52,559 nucleotides of DNA from an uncultured Gammaproteobacteria bacterium (GCA_947259955.1 CAMYOI010000004.1:1-52559); one strand, 5' to 3'; shown: positions 41,905 through 51,952, counted from the stretch's first letter. Translations and numbers: made by a program. Notes: generated by a model not told the origin, from the sequence alone.

Positions 41905-43074
41905 CTACAAACGATTGCGGTGGTCGGCGAGGGTAAAACCAGGCAGTGATTCGCCTTCAGCAGGGCCGACCGCAAGGGCTTTGAACGATTCTCCCATTTC
42001 GGAAGGCAGGGTCAGACGCTTGACCTGCTGTGCCAGGAGTATCGAGTCGGCATGGGACGCGTCCGGTTTCGATTCAATCAGATCAAGTATGCCCAGGGAC
42101 AGAAGAAACGACGCCTGGGACGTAAATCCCAGCAAGGACTGCCCTGATTCACATGCGCATCTGGCGAGGGCACTGAAATTAACATGCGCCGTAATATCCT
42201 GTAACCCGACGTGGGTATAAGGATTTCTATGTGCGTGGTGGTGATAGTGGCACATCAACGTTCCATCGCTGCGCATCGGGTGATACAACTCGGATGCCGG
42301 ATATCCGTAGTCGAGAACGATGAAGACACCGGCCTCAAGAGTCCCGCACAAAGTCCGCATCCACGCCTGGGCATGCAAACCGATTTCCGAGCAGTAACCC
42401 TCGGCAAGCTCCAGCCTGCTCAACTGATCCCAGCCGGCACCCCGGGGCGCATAGGGTCTGTCCGTAAAGCCGTCGTCGTGCCGGCCCACTCCGATGCCTT
42501 GTACTCGGCCCTGGCACACGCAAAACCGGTCCACGGGCAGAGCATCGGCCACCTCATTGGCCAGGATCACGCCCGCAAAGCTTTCCGGCAGTTGCGTCAG
42601 CCACCGAACGCGATCGAGGCACCGCGGAGCACGCGCCTCGATCATTTCCCGCTGACGCCGCCTCAGATCATCACTGATCTCCAGGATCAGATATCGGCAG
42701 GGCCGCTTGCCCTGCCCGTCCAGCGCTTGCAGCATTTGCGCAGCCATGATGCCCGAACCGGCGCCCACCTCCAAAACCTCACCATGCTCCAGTTGATCCA
42801 GGACGTGTACGACCAGTTTAACCAGACACCTCGAAAACAGATCGCCCAGTTCGGGCGCGGTAACGAAATCACCGCGCTCTCCAAACTTTCGCAAACCGGA
42901 TACGTAGTACCCGTAGCGCCGTTCGTAAAGCGCCAGCTCCATGAAGCGCGAAAAAGCGATCACCCCCCCGGAGCTTTCGATCTCATCGACGATCACGCGC
43001 GTCAGCTTCCCACTCCAGCTTTCCTCCTCGGGACCAGGTGCGGGCAACGGCAAACCGGAAATCATGGCCGGCAT
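41905..43074 (-). CDS. SAM-dependent methyltransferase, MidA/NDUFAF7 family
   Basis: FMELALY, GDFVTAPE, EVGAGSG, NEVADALP, DYG, QDITAHVNF. Start may be 43065. Confidence 0.88.
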   Translation of the reverse strand: MPAMISGLPLPAPGPEEESWSGKLTRVIVDEIESSGGVIAFSRFMELALYERRYGYYVSGLRKFGERGDFVTAPELGDLFSRCLVKLVVHVLDQLEHGEVLEVGAGSGIMAAQMLQALDGQGKRPCRYLILEISDDLRRRQREMIEARAPRCLDRVRWLTQLPESFAGVILANEVADALPVDRFCVCQGRVQGIGVGRHDDGFTDRPYAPRGAGWDQLSRLELAEGYCSEIGLHAQAWMRTLCGTLEAGVFIVLDYGYPASELYHPMRSDGTLMCHYHHHAHRNPYTHVGLQDITAHVNFSALARCACESGQSLLGFTSQASFLLSLGILDLIESKPDASHADSILLAQQVKRLTLPSEMGESFKALAVGPAEGESLPGFTLADHRNRL

Positions 43075-43140
43075 ACTTCACCCCGATCCCGAGCGATGGC
43101 GTAAGACGGTTGCCGATGGACGACGGGCTGAAAAATGCCC
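43068..43140 (+). repeat. Repeat family 2, copy B (about 70 bp, degenerate inverted ends)
   Basis: Shares ATCCCGAGCGATGGC..GACGG.TGCCGATG with copy A. Ends GGCATACTTCACCCCG and CGGGCTGAAAAATGCC form an imperfect inverted repeat (13/16). Confidence 0.65.
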
Positions 43141-43307
43141 CTGAAGACCATTTTCCCACCAGCTCCAAAGGGGTGAGGCGCATGGCTTAGACACATATAC
43201 ATAGCCGCCGGGCGAGACATGGGGGCTAACCATGCGGGCACAATTTGATGCCAGGATAAGATGAATCGGGTAGGATGATCATCTGGACTCATAGACAGAA
43301 TTCAACG

Positions 43308-44063
43308 ATGCTGGATCGGGACGCGGATTTGACTGAGAAGGTTGCTTTGGTAACCGGTGGCAGCAAGCGCATCGGCGCTGAAATTGCAAAACGCCTCCAT
43401 CTGGAAGGCATGAACCTTATTTTACACTATCACAGCTCGGATCAGGAGGCTCGCGCGCTGCAGTCCGAACTCAATGAAGCGCGGCCGAAATCGGTGGTAC
43501 TGGTAAAAGGCGATCTACTCGACAATCACAAAATCATCCACCTGATTCAGGAAGCAATACAGGTGAACGCACGCCTGGATGCGTTGGTGAACAACGCCTC
43601 GTCGTTCTTTCCAACCCCAATCGGGAGCACCAGCGAGGAAGACTGGAACAACCTCATCGGAACCAATCTCAAGGCGCCGTATTTTCTGTCCCAGGCAGCC
43701 GCACCCGAACTGAGAAAACGACATGGCTGCATAGTCAACATCGCCGATATCTATGGGGAGCGTCCACTGAAAAATCACTCGGTTTACAGCATCGCAAAGG
43801 CGGGCTTGATCATGCTGACCCGCTCGCTTGCACGTGAACTGGCTCCTGAAGTACGGGTAAATGCGGTCGCGCCGGGTGCCGTACTGTGGCCCGAGAATGA
43901 CCGCGACCGGGTGGCGCAGCAAAGGATCGTGTCAAGGACACCGCTCAAGCGCACGGGCACTCCGGCGGAAATTGCCCGCGCCGTCCTGTTTCTGATCCGC
44001 GACGCCGAATTCGTGTCCGGGCATGTTATTCCGGTTGACGGTGGCCGGTCCGTAGTGCCCTAG
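43308..44063 (+). CDS. folM: Pteridine reductase (FolM/PTR1-like SDR)
   Basis: TGGSKRIG, NNASSF, YSIAK, VNAVAPG; adjacent to folK/folB. Confidence 0.85.
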   Translation: MLDRDADLTEKVALVTGGSKRIGAEIAKRLHLEGMNLILHYHSSDQEARALQSELNEARPKSVVLVKGDLLDNHKIIHLIQEAIQVNARLDALVNNASSFFPTPIGSTSEEDWNNLIGTNLKAPYFLSQAAAPELRKRHGCIVNIADIYGERPLKNHSVYSIAKAGLIMLTRSLARELAPEVRVNAVAPGAVLWPENDRDRVAQQRIVSRTPLKRTGTPAEIARAVLFLIRDAEFVSGHVIPVDGGRSVVP

Positions 44064-44329
44064 CGTACCCCGTCGTAAATCCTGTGACATTCAGCGAAGC
44101 GACAAGCATCCGAATTCAAGGCGCATTCGCGAAGCACTAGCGAGCTAATGGGAGCGGATGCAACGCCGAAGACGGGTGTTTGTCGCTTCGCCCTGCGGGA
44201 GTCCCCCAAGAACCACGGCTACTGCGTTGTACCTCTGGCCAATATCTGGATATTGCCTGCGAGGCGCGCCTTGTCCCCGTGTTCTTGGGGGGCTCTGAAT
44301 GTCATAGGATTTACGACGGGGTACACTAG
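44060..44329. mobile_element. MITE family 1, full copy (270 bp including flanking CTAG)
   Basis: 31-bp TIRs at 44064-44094 and 44295-44325 (29/31 identical), CTAG on both sides, no transposase. Confidence 0.88.
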
Positions 44330-44391
44330 TAGCCTGGCCGCATCGCTCACTCGCGGCTATGGAGGCTTTGCAAGTATTGCATGGGAGACAC

Positions 44392-44910
44392 CTATCCCGG
44401 CGCTGGCTCGTCCAGGGGCAGATCGAATTCGAAATCGATTCGCCTGGTCGGCTGCCCGGTCGCATCAAAACTTTGCCATATCTCGCCGATGGATTGTCCG
44501 GTTTCAGGGTGGCGCAGCGACGACGCAATTTCACACAAAGGCTGCAGTACGAAGGCGTGGTCCAATATCTCCCGTCTCGGCACGTCAAGTGAGCCGCTAT
44601 GCTTTTTAAAATCTCCATACAGCAGCAGATCGATATCCAGCGGCCGCGACGTATATTTGCCGATAAGCCTTTCCCTGCCGTGGGCATCCTCGATCTCCCG
44701 AACACACGCCTGGACTGCTTCGACCGGCAGCGCGCTGTCGAAGCCCACGGCCATGTTGTAAAAATCGTCCCCGTCAAAGCCGACCGCCCGGGTTCGGTAC
44801 ACGCTGGACAGGATCAACGGCTGGAACAGCTCGTGCAGCTGTCGAATACAGCTGCGCAGATTTGCGTCACGCTCTATGTTGCTGCCGATACTCAGGTAAA
44901 TACGGGTCAC
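44392..44910 (-). CDS. folK: 2-amino-4-hydroxy-6-hydroxymethyldihydropteridine diphosphokinase
   Basis: YLSIGSNI, FYN, RPLDIDLLLY, FVLQPL. Confidence 0.92.
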   Translation of the reverse strand: MTRIYLSIGSNIERDANLRSCIRQLHELFQPLILSSVYRTRAVGFDGDDFYNMAVGFDSALPVEAVQACVREIEDAHGRERLIGKYTSRPLDIDLLLYGDFKKHSGSLDVPRREILDHAFVLQPLCEIASSLRHPETGQSIGEIWQSFDATGQPTRRIDFEFDLPLDEPAPG

Positions 44911-45278
44911 GGACCGCTATCTTCAGGCGTCGATTTTCGTTCGATGACTACGCCAACCGCCCTCGCACCGCTGACGGCACCTCCCTTGTTGAGTTTTACC
45001 CGGCACCACGAAATCTGAAACTCTTCCGTCAAAATTCTGGCAATGCTCTCTGCCAGCGTCTCGACCAGCTGGTATTCGGAGTTTTCGACATGAGAAATCA
45101 CCGCCTTGGCGATGGCTTTGTAGTTCAGCGTATCCTCGAGACGTTCGGTGGCAGCGGCGCGTCGAATGTCAGCAGCCATGTCGAGATCGATCTCCACTCT
45201 TTGCTTGATGCGCCGTTCCCAGTCCCACACCCCGATGACGCAATCGACCTTCAAACCGTGCAGAAATATCGTGTCCAA
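44907..45278 (-). CDS. folB: Dihydroneopterin aldolase
   Basis: IGVWDWER, TLNY, LVETLAE, VGVVIER. Confidence 0.94.
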   Translation of the reverse strand: MDTIFLHGLKVDCVIGVWDWERRIKQRVEIDLDMAADIRRAAATERLEDTLNYKAIAKAVISHVENSEYQLVETLAESIARILTEEFQISWCRVKLNKGGAVSGARAVGVVIERKSTPEDSGP

Positions 45279-45411
45279 TTCTCACTCCGGATTCAGTGTA
45301 ACAGGCGGCTTTGACCATTCGGGCGCGGCCGCGATCCCTGGATAAGATACAAGAAACGGATAACAATTAGAAAGCAGCCCCCGATTTGTGAATCCAGACC
45401 CGGGCGTGGCC

Positions 45412-45460
45412 TTAGCCCCGTTGTTGCACCAGTATCCCGAGCGATGACGCAGGACAGGTT
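45412..45460 (+). repeat. Repeat family 2, copy C
   Basis: TTAGCCCC...CACCAGTATCCCGAGCGATGACGCAGGACAGG; aligns ungapped to copy A, 28/32 identical over the 3' part. Confidence 0.65.
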
Positions 45461-45600
45461 TGTCTGACCAGAGGCTGCAATTTGGCATATTCAACAACAA
45501 GATCAATAAGATATAAAACCATCACGATTGTACCCCTGCAGTATGCGGGTTAAGCAATCGATGACTTGACCTTTCGCCGCAGAGCCTCTGAAATCGCCCC

Positions 45601-46191
45601 ATGGAATTCTTGCTTCCAATCCTGGCGTATCTCATGGGCTCAATATCCAGCGCGATATTGATAGCCCGCCTCTTTGGGATGTCCGATCCGCGGACCGTGG
45701 GCAGCGGCAATCCTGGTGCCACCAATATTCTTCGTCAGGGAAACAAAGCGGCGGCGGCGGCGACGCTGATTGGGGATATGGCAAAAGGGATCTTACCGGT
45801 CGTGCTTGCCCGCCTCATCACGGACGATGCCACAACGCTGGCAATGGTCGCCGGAGCCGCTTTTCTGGGGCATCTGTTTCCCGTATTTTTCAAGCTCAAG
45901 GGCGGGAAAGGCGTGGCCACGGCCCTGGGCGTGTACTTTGGATTGAACATATGGATGGGGCTGGCCTTGGTGCTGACCTGGCTTTTATCCGCCGCGATCT
46001 TCAGGTATTCGTCGCTTGCGGCAATATTAACCGCGGTAATTTCGCCGCTTTATGCCTGGCATTTCCTACCGGGCACGGCGTACTTGATCATGTCATTTCT
46101 TATTGCGCTGCTGCTCGTGTGGCGTCACCACGGCAACATTTCGCGACTGATCACCGGCCGCGAAGACAAAATACAGCTAAGCAGGAAATAG
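45601..46191 (+). CDS. plsY: Glycerol-3-phosphate acyltransferase PlsY
   Basis: GSGNPGATN, GHLFP, GGKGVAT, RHHGNI. Confidence 0.95.
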   Translation: MEFLLPILAYLMGSISSAILIARLFGMSDPRTVGSGNPGATNILRQGNKAAAAATLIGDMAKGILPVVLARLITDDATTLAMVAGAAFLGHLFPVFFKLKGGKGVATALGVYFGLNIWMGLALVLTWLLSAAIFRYSSLAAILTAVISPLYAWHFLPGTAYLIMSFLIALLLVWRHHGNISRLITGREDKIQLSRK

Positions 46192-46307
46192 CGTTGAAAT
46201 GCAGACAAACAAGTCCTTGATGCTGCCTCTCCGGCTCTGGTCATTGCGGCGAGGGCGCCGCTACCACGCAATAATTGCCACCCCGATAGCCTTGGTGGAC
46301 GCGCACC

Positions 46308-47336
46308 TCACGCCGATGTCTCAATGGGGGTCAGATCCCGCAACGACCACCGCGGCCGGACTTCGAATCCCGTTTCCTTGTGATCACCGGCGCCGGGCAT
46401 TCTCAATCCGCCGGCATAGGCAATCATGGCAGCATTGTCGGTGCAGAATTCCGGACGCGGATAATAAAACGAACAGCCGAGGTCCGCGCCGAGTTTGGCC
46501 AGCCTTTGGCGCAGCAGCCGGTTCGCTCCAACACCGCCGGCGACGACAAAACGCTGGTAGCCGGTTTGCTTCAGGGCGCGCCGGGTCTTGATGACGAGCG
46601 TATCGACGGCGGCGTCCTGAAATGCCCAGGCGATGTCCGCAGCGGTCTGCCTGTCCATGGCTTGTGCCCTGACTGTCTCCAGGGCGTGGGTCTTCAGACC
46701 ACTGAAACTGAAATCGAGGCCGGACCGGTCGGTCATCGGTCGTGGGAACCGGAATCGCTCCGGGTTACCCGCTTTCGCCGCGGCGGCGATTTCAGGACCG
46801 CCGGGGTACCCCAGGCCCAATAGCTTGGCCGTCTTGTCGAAGGCCTCTCCCACCGCGTCGTCCAGGCTTTCGCCCAGGATCCGGTAACGTCCGGGAGCCT
46901 TTACGTCGACAAGCAGCGTATGTCCCCCGGAGACGAGAAGCGCCAGAAACGGGAATTCGGGGCTTTGTTCCTCCAGCATCGGCGCCAGCAGATGGCCTTC
47001 CATATGGTGCACACCGACGGCGGCGATATTGAGTGCGTAAGCCAGGCTGCGCCCTACCGCGGCGCCAACCAACAGCGCACCCGCCAGTCCGGGGCCCGAG
47101 GTATAGGCCACGCCGTCAAGATCGTTGCGTTGCGCCCCGGCCTCCGAAACCACGGATTCTAGCAGCGGCAACAACTTTTGAATGTGATCCCTTGCCGCCA
47201 ACTCCGGTACCACACCCCCGTGGGGCCTGTGGATTTCGACCTGAGAGTAAAGTTTATGGGACCTCAAACCGTGGACGCTGTCGAAGACGGCGGCACCGGT
47301 ATCGTCGCAGGATGTTTCTATACCTAATATAAGCAT
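46308..47336 (-). CDS. tsaD: tRNA N6-adenosine threonylcarbamoyltransferase TsaD
   Basis: [39 protein letters not shown]. Confidence 0.96.
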   Translation of the reverse strand: MLILGIETSCDDTGAAVFDSVHGLRSHKLYSQVEIHRPHGGVVPELAARDHIQKLLPLLESVVSEAGAQRNDLDGVAYTSGPGLAGALLVGAAVGRSLAYALNIAAVGVHHMEGHLLAPMLEEQSPEFPFLALLVSGGHTLLVDVKAPGRYRILGESLDDAVGEAFDKTAKLLGLGYPGGPEIAAAAKAGNPERFRFPRPMTDRSGLDFSFSGLKTHALETVRAQAMDRQTAADIAWAFQDAAVDTLVIKTRRALKQTGYQRFVVAGGVGANRLLRQRLAKLGADLGCSFYYPRPEFCTDNAAMIAYAGGLRMPGAGDHKETGFEVRPRWSLRDLTPIETSA

Positions 47337-47369
47337 TTCATAATATATTTTTATTTAAGCCCTGCTAGC

Positions 47370-47407
47370 TTGCCCCGCATGGCTCATTTCATTAGAATTC
47401 GCCACCC
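47370..47407 (+). promoter_or_regulatory. Sigma70 promoter of rpsU with GC-rich discriminator
   Basis: TTGCCC (47370-75), 17-bp spacer, TAGAAT (47393-98), then TCGCCACCC. Confidence 0.65.
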
Positions 47408-47444
47408 TTTGACCGATCGCCATTGATTAGCAGGAATAGTTTAC

Positions 47445-47660
47445 ATGCCGAGTGTTAAGGTTCGACAGGACGAACCGTTTGATGTGATTCTAAGACGTTT
47501 CCGCCGAGCTTGCGAAAAAGCAGGTCTATTCACCGAGATGCGCAGCCGCGAGCATTATGAGAAACCGACCACCGTGAGAAAGCGAAAGTCGGCGGCTGCG
47601 CGAAAGCGGGAAACGAAGCGTGTAGCGCGGGAGCGTTCACGCTACCAGCGCGCGTACTAG
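47445..47660 (+). CDS. rpsU: 30S ribosomal protein S21
   Basis: 71 aa; [18 protein letters not shown]. Confidence 0.96.
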   Translation: MPSVKVRQDEPFDVILRRFRRACEKAGLFTEMRSREHYEKPTTVRKRKSAAARKRETKRVARERSRYQRAY

Positions 47661-47686
47661 CCACATCGCCTGACGGCGGACTCCAG

Positions 47687-48133
47687 ATGAACCTAAAGAC
47701 CCGCATCGGCGAGGATATGAAAACCGCTATGCGGGAAAAGGACAAAGTGCGGCTGGAATCGATCAGGCTGCTGCGAGCCGCCATCCAGCGTCGCGAAGTG
47801 GATGATCGGATTACCCTGGACGATGACGACGTCGTCGCGGTTGTGCAAAAGCAGATCAAGCAGTGCCAGGACTCCATCACCCAATTCCAGCAGGGCAATC
47901 GCGAGGATCTCGCTGAAAAAGAAAGAGCACAGGTCGAGGTTTTACAGTCCTACATGCCTGAGCAGATGGACCCGGAAGAGATCGGCCGTCTGGTCATCGA
48001 AATAATTGAGGAAACCGGGGCGACCAGCATGAAACATATGGGCAAGGTAATGGCGCTGCTCAGGCCGAAGCTGCAGGGCAAGGCAGACATCGGCAAGGTC
48101 AGTCGGCAGGTCAAGTCGAAACTCCAGGCTTGA
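47687..48133 (+). CDS. yqeY: GatB/YqeY domain protein
   Basis: DMKTAMR, DSITQF, MGKVM; sits between rpsU and dnaG. Confidence 0.92.
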   Translation: MNLKTRIGEDMKTAMREKDKVRLESIRLLRAAIQRREVDDRITLDDDDVVAVVQKQIKQCQDSITQFQQGNREDLAEKERAQVEVLQSYMPEQMDPEEIGRLVIEIIEETGATSMKHMGKVMALLRPKLQGKADIGKVSRQVKSKLQA

Positions 48134-48171
48134 CGCCCCTTTCCCACCAGGATGCTGGTGAGAAATGCGGG
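48134..48171. repeat. Repeat family 2, copy E (two abutting inverted termini)
   Basis: CGCCCCTTTCCCACCAG-GATG-CTGGTGAGAAATGCGGG; the right arm is the exact reverse complement of the copy A terminus. Confidence 0.65.
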
Positions 48172-48192
48172 CCGGCCCGCTAAAATCCAAAT

Positions 48193-49929
48193 ATGGTCGG
48201 GCGCATACCCCATAACTTCGTCGACGAGATCACCATGCGTACCGATATCGTCGACATCATCGATAGCCGAGTGCCGCTTAAAAAAGCTGGCAGTGAGTAC
48301 AAGGCCTGCTGCCCCTTCCACGACGAGAAAACACCCTCTTTCACGGTCAGTCCAGGCAAGCAGTTCTACCACTGTTTCGGTTGCGGTGCTCACGGAACGA
48401 GCATCGGTTTCCTGATGGAATACGACCACATGGAATTTGTCGAGGCCATCGAGCACCTCGCAGCCAGACTAGGTCTGGAGGTACCGAGGGAAGCAGACCC
48501 ACATGCCGGTACACAAACTGACACGGTTGATATCCTGACCATGCTGAGGCAAAGCTCATCTTATTACCAGAAGCAGCTCCGCAACCATCCCAACGCATTC
48601 GAGGCTATCGAATATCTCAAGCGACGGGGTCTGACCGGGGAAGTTGCCGCCCATTTTGGGCTGGGATACGCTCCGGCAGGATGGAACAACCTGCTGAACC
48701 ACCTCGGTGAGGGCGGTAAACGACGGGACCTGCTGCTCAACGCCGGCTTGATCACCCATAAATCCGGAGACCGCTACTACGATCGGTTCAGGAACCGCAT
48801 CATGTTCCCCATAGAAGACCACCGGGGACGAGTCGTTGGTTTCGGTGGCAGATCTATCGGCGACGAGGAGCCCAAATACCTCAACTCACCCGAAACGCCG
48901 GTATTCCACAAGGGCGCCGAGCTATATGGCCTGCACGCGGCGCGTGGCGCCATCAAGGACTCCGCAAAGGCACTGGTGGTGGAAGGTTACATGGATGTCG
49001 TGGCGCTGTTGCAGTTTGGCGTAGGCTACGCGGTTGCGACATTGGGTACGGCCACCACCCGCACCCAACTCGAACGGTTGTTCCGCCACACCGATGAGGT
49101 GGTTTTTAGCTTTGACGGTGACCGGGCCGGCCGTGAGGCGGCGTGGCGGGCTTTGGAATCGGCGTTGCCCTGCCTACGGGAAGGCAGACAAATTGCATTT
49201 TTGTTCCTGCCCCAGGGCGAGGATCCGGATTCGGTCATTCGAAAGGAAGGCAAAGAACGCTTCGAGGCCAGACTCGAGGGGGCGACACCGTTGCCTGAGT
49301 ATCTTCTCGAACAGATCGGGGCCCAGGCGGACCTCAGCCGCATGGACGGCCAGGCACGATTCGTCGAACTGGCGCGACCGCTGCTCAAAAGAATACCGCA
49401 AGGGCCATTTCGCGAAATCCTGATCGGTAGAATCGCACAGATGGTTCCCATAGAGCGCGGCGCGCTGGAGCGGAGCCTGCCACCGGGCGACATGCCCGCG
49501 CCCAGGCCTGCACCGCGGTCGGCCGAATCCTTGAAAAAGTCACTCGTACGGCTGGGTCTCAGTATATTGATCCAGAAACCCGCCCTGGCCAGGGGTGTTG
49601 AGGACATAGATGAACTGGAAACGCTGGAGATGCCGGGCATCTCGTTGATGCTCGAGGTGATTCGTCTGATTCAGGAAAACCCCGATCTGGGCCCCGCGTC
49701 TGTACTGGAACGGTACAGAAACACCGACCATCACAAACATCTTGAAAAACTGGCGATCTGGGACCATATGATCCCTGTGTCGGATCTGGACCAGGAATTC
49801 GAAGCGGTGATCCTGAAATTAAGGAACCGCGTGCTGGAGCAACAAGCTTCCCGACTGCTTCACCGAGACAGCTTATCCGCCGAAGAGAAATCAAGACTGC
49901 GTGAACTGTTGAGTCAGCGGCCGAAATAA
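48193..49929 (+). CDS. dnaG: DNA primase
   Basis: CPFH/CFGC zinc finger, KYLNSPET, VEGYMDV, FDGDRAG TOPRIM. Confidence 0.97.
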   Translation: MVGRIPHNFVDEITMRTDIVDIIDSRVPLKKAGSEYKACCPFHDEKTPSFTVSPGKQFYHCFGCGAHGTSIGFLMEYDHMEFVEAIEHLAARLGLEVPREADPHAGTQTDTVDILTMLRQSSSYYQKQLRNHPNAFEAIEYLKRRGLTGEVAAHFGLGYAPAGWNNLLNHLGEGGKRRDLLLNAGLITHKSGDRYYDRFRNRIMFPIEDHRGRVVGFGGRSIGDEEPKYLNSPETPVFHKGAELYGLHAARGAIKDSAKALVVEGYMDVVALLQFGVGYAVATLGTATTRTQLERLFRHTDEVVFSFDGDRAGREAAWRALESALPCLREGRQIAFLFLPQGEDPDSVIRKEGKERFEARLEGATPLPEYLLEQIGAQADLSRMDGQARFVELARPLLKRIPQGPFREILIGRIAQMVPIERGALERSLPPGDMPAPRPAPRSAESLKKSLVRLGLSILIQKPALARGVEDIDELETLEMPGISLMLEVIRLIQENPDLGPASVLERYRNTDHHKHLEKLAIWDHMIPVSDLDQEFEAVILKLRNRVLEQQASRLLHRDSLSAEEKSRLRELLSQRPK

Positions 49930-49999
49930 CTGCCATTGATTCAAATACTTAGGTTATAATTTAGGGTTTGTCCAATTTTCAGCATCAAGGTATCAAATC

Positions 50000-51808
50000 G
50001 TGGACCAAGAGAGCAAACAGTCTGAACTCAAGAAACTGATCCTCAAGGGCAAGGAACAAGGATTTCTGACTTATCGGGAGATCAATGATCACCTGCCGGA
50101 AGACATGCACGACACGGATCAGATCGAGGCGGTGGTCAACATGATCAACGACATGGGGATCCTGGTCTACGACAAACCGCCCGATCCGGACAGTCTGTTG
50201 CTCAAGGAAGAATCAACCCCCGATGAAGAAGACACCGATGCCGCCCTGACCACCGCCGTGGAGAGCGAGTTCGGCCGAACAACCGATCCGGTGCGCATGT
50301 ATATGCGGGAAATGGGTACGGTCGATCTGCTGACCAGAAAGGATGAGATCAAGCTCGCCAAGCGCATCGAAGACGGTATTCGCCAGTGCACCGAGGCGGT
50401 CGCCAGTTGCCCGGTCACCATCGAAGAAATCCTGCGCCTGGCCGAAATCATCGAAAACCAGGAAATGCGGCTCACCGACCTGGTGCTGGATTACATCGAC
50501 CCTAACGCCGTGGATGAACCTATCCCGACGCCGCAGCAAACCGGACCGTCTACAGACGCAAACAGCTCTGAGGACAGCGACGAGGAAATCGACACTGGTC
50601 CGGATTTCGATGAAGCCATATCCAGATTCAAGCGCATACGGAGAAACTACAACAGCATGATGCGCTCGATCGAGCGCAACGGCATCGGTGACGAAAAGGT
50701 CAAAAAGATCCAGAGCAAACTGGTCACAGAGGTCATGGAGATCAAACTCGCACCGAAGCAGGTGGATGCGCTGTGGGAGCGAATCAAGGACCTGGTCGAG
50801 CTGGTGCGAGCCCGTGAAAAAGCCGTCATGGAGATCTGCGTCGCACATGCACGCATGCCCAGGAAGACTTTCATCAAGGCTTTCCTCGGCAGGGAAACGG
50901 ACAAAGGCCTGTATCGCGCCCTGCTGCGCGCTGCCGGCGACAACAAGCCGGTCATCGAAGCGTACGCGGAAGAAATCAAGTCCCACCGCGAGAAACTGCA
51001 GGCGTTCGAGCAGCTGGCCGGCATCCCCATTCACGAACTTAAGGAAGTTAACCGCCGTATGTCCATCGGCGAGGCCAAGGCACGGCGTGCGAAAAAGGAA
51101 ATGGTGGAGGCCAACCTGCGCCTTGTCATCTCCATAGCGAAGAAGTACACCAATCGCGGACTCCAATTCCTCGATCTCATCCAGGAGGGCAACATCGGAT
51201 TGATGAAGGCGGTAGACAAGTTCGAATACCGGCGGGGCTACAAGTTTTCTACCTACGCGACGTGGTGGATCCGACAGGCCATCACACGCTCGATCGCGGA
51301 TCAGGCCCGGACCATCCGGATCCCGGTGCACATGATCGAAACCATCAACAAGCTCAACCGTGTATCCAGGCAGATCCTGCAGGAAAAGGGCCGCGAGGCC
51401 CTGCCCGAAGAACTGGCGGAACGCATGGACATGCCGGAGGAAAAGATCCGCAAGGTGCTGAAGATTGCCAAAGAACCAATCTCCATGGAGACCCCCATCG
51501 GAGACGACGAGGATTCGCATCTCGGGGATTTCATCGAGGACAAGAACGTCCAGGCCCCGATGGACGCAGCCACCGGCTCGGGGTTGACCTGGGCGACCCA
51601 GGACATTCTGAGCACGCTGACTCCCAGGGAAGCGAAAGTACTCCGGATGCGCTTCGGAATCGGCATGAATACCGATCACACGCTGGAGGAAGTCGGCAAA
51701 CAGTTCGACGTAACGCGCGAGCGCATTCGCCAGATCGAGGCCAAGGCACTTCGCAAACTGCGCCACCCCTCGCGCTCGGAACACCTGCGTAGCTTCCTGG
51801 AACAGTAA
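50000..51808 (+). CDS. rpoD: RNA polymerase sigma factor RpoD
   Basis: [54 protein letters not shown]. Confidence 0.98.
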   Translation: MDQESKQSELKKLILKGKEQGFLTYREINDHLPEDMHDTDQIEAVVNMINDMGILVYDKPPDPDSLLLKEESTPDEEDTDAALTTAVESEFGRTTDPVRMYMREMGTVDLLTRKDEIKLAKRIEDGIRQCTEAVASCPVTIEEILRLAEIIENQEMRLTDLVLDYIDPNAVDEPIPTPQQTGPSTDANSSEDSDEEIDTGPDFDEAISRFKRIRRNYNSMMRSIERNGIGDEKVKKIQSKLVTEVMEIKLAPKQVDALWERIKDLVELVRAREKAVMEICVAHARMPRKTFIKAFLGRETDKGLYRALLRAAGDNKPVIEAYAEEIKSHREKLQAFEQLAGIPIHELKEVNRRMSIGEAKARRAKKEMVEANLRLVISIAKKYTNRGLQFLDLIQEGNIGLMKAVDKFEYRRGYKFSTYATWWIRQAITRSIADQARTIRIPVHMIETINKLNRVSRQILQEKGREALPEELAERMDMPEEKIRKVLKIAKEPISMETPIGDDEDSHLGDFIEDKNVQAPMDAATGSGLTWATQDILSTLTPREAKVLRMRFGIGMNTDHTLEEVGKQFDVTRERIRQIEAKALRKLRHPSRSEHLRSFLEQ

Positions 51809-51822
51809 CCTGAGCAGCAGGT

Positions 51823-51828
51823 TATAAT
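51823..51828 (+). promoter_or_regulatory. Putative -10 element (TATAAT) for the tRNA gene
   Basis: Consensus TATAAT about 48 nt upstream of the tRNA; no clear -35. Confidence 0.4.
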
Positions 51829-51875
51829 GATCTCGGCGCGTGGTTACGAGACCAACGCGCTTCCTCATCCTTGTC

Positions 51876-51952
51876 GGGCCTGTAGCTCAGTTGGTTAGAG
51901 CAGTGGACTCATAATCCATTGGTCGTAGGTTCGAGCCCTACCAGGCCCACCA
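51876..51952 (+). tRNA. ileX: tRNA-Ile2 (anticodon CAT, lysidine-modified)
   Basis: Cloverleaf GGGCCTG...CAGGCCC-A-CCA, TAGCTCAGTTGG D-arm, CTCATAA loop, GGTTCGAG T-loop. Position after rpoD matches E. coli ileX. Confidence 0.9.

Noticed and set aside
44145-44777. ORFs 44145-44777, 44148-44609, 24141-24350 and 24154-24555, some sharing peptide text
   Set aside because: They are translations of the MITE and overlapping genes; no transposase motifs.
50213-51868. 551-aa antisense ORF over rpoD; similar ORFs occur over pgk (5870-7336), tkt and pilU
   Set aside because: Shadow ORFs expected from codon bias in GC-rich conserved genes; no recognisable motifs.
51876-51952. tRNA-Met call from the CAT anticodon
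   Set aside because: The paired G1-C72 excludes the initiator tRNA. Sequence type and position after rpoD favour tRNA-Ile2, though elongator Met is not formally excluded.
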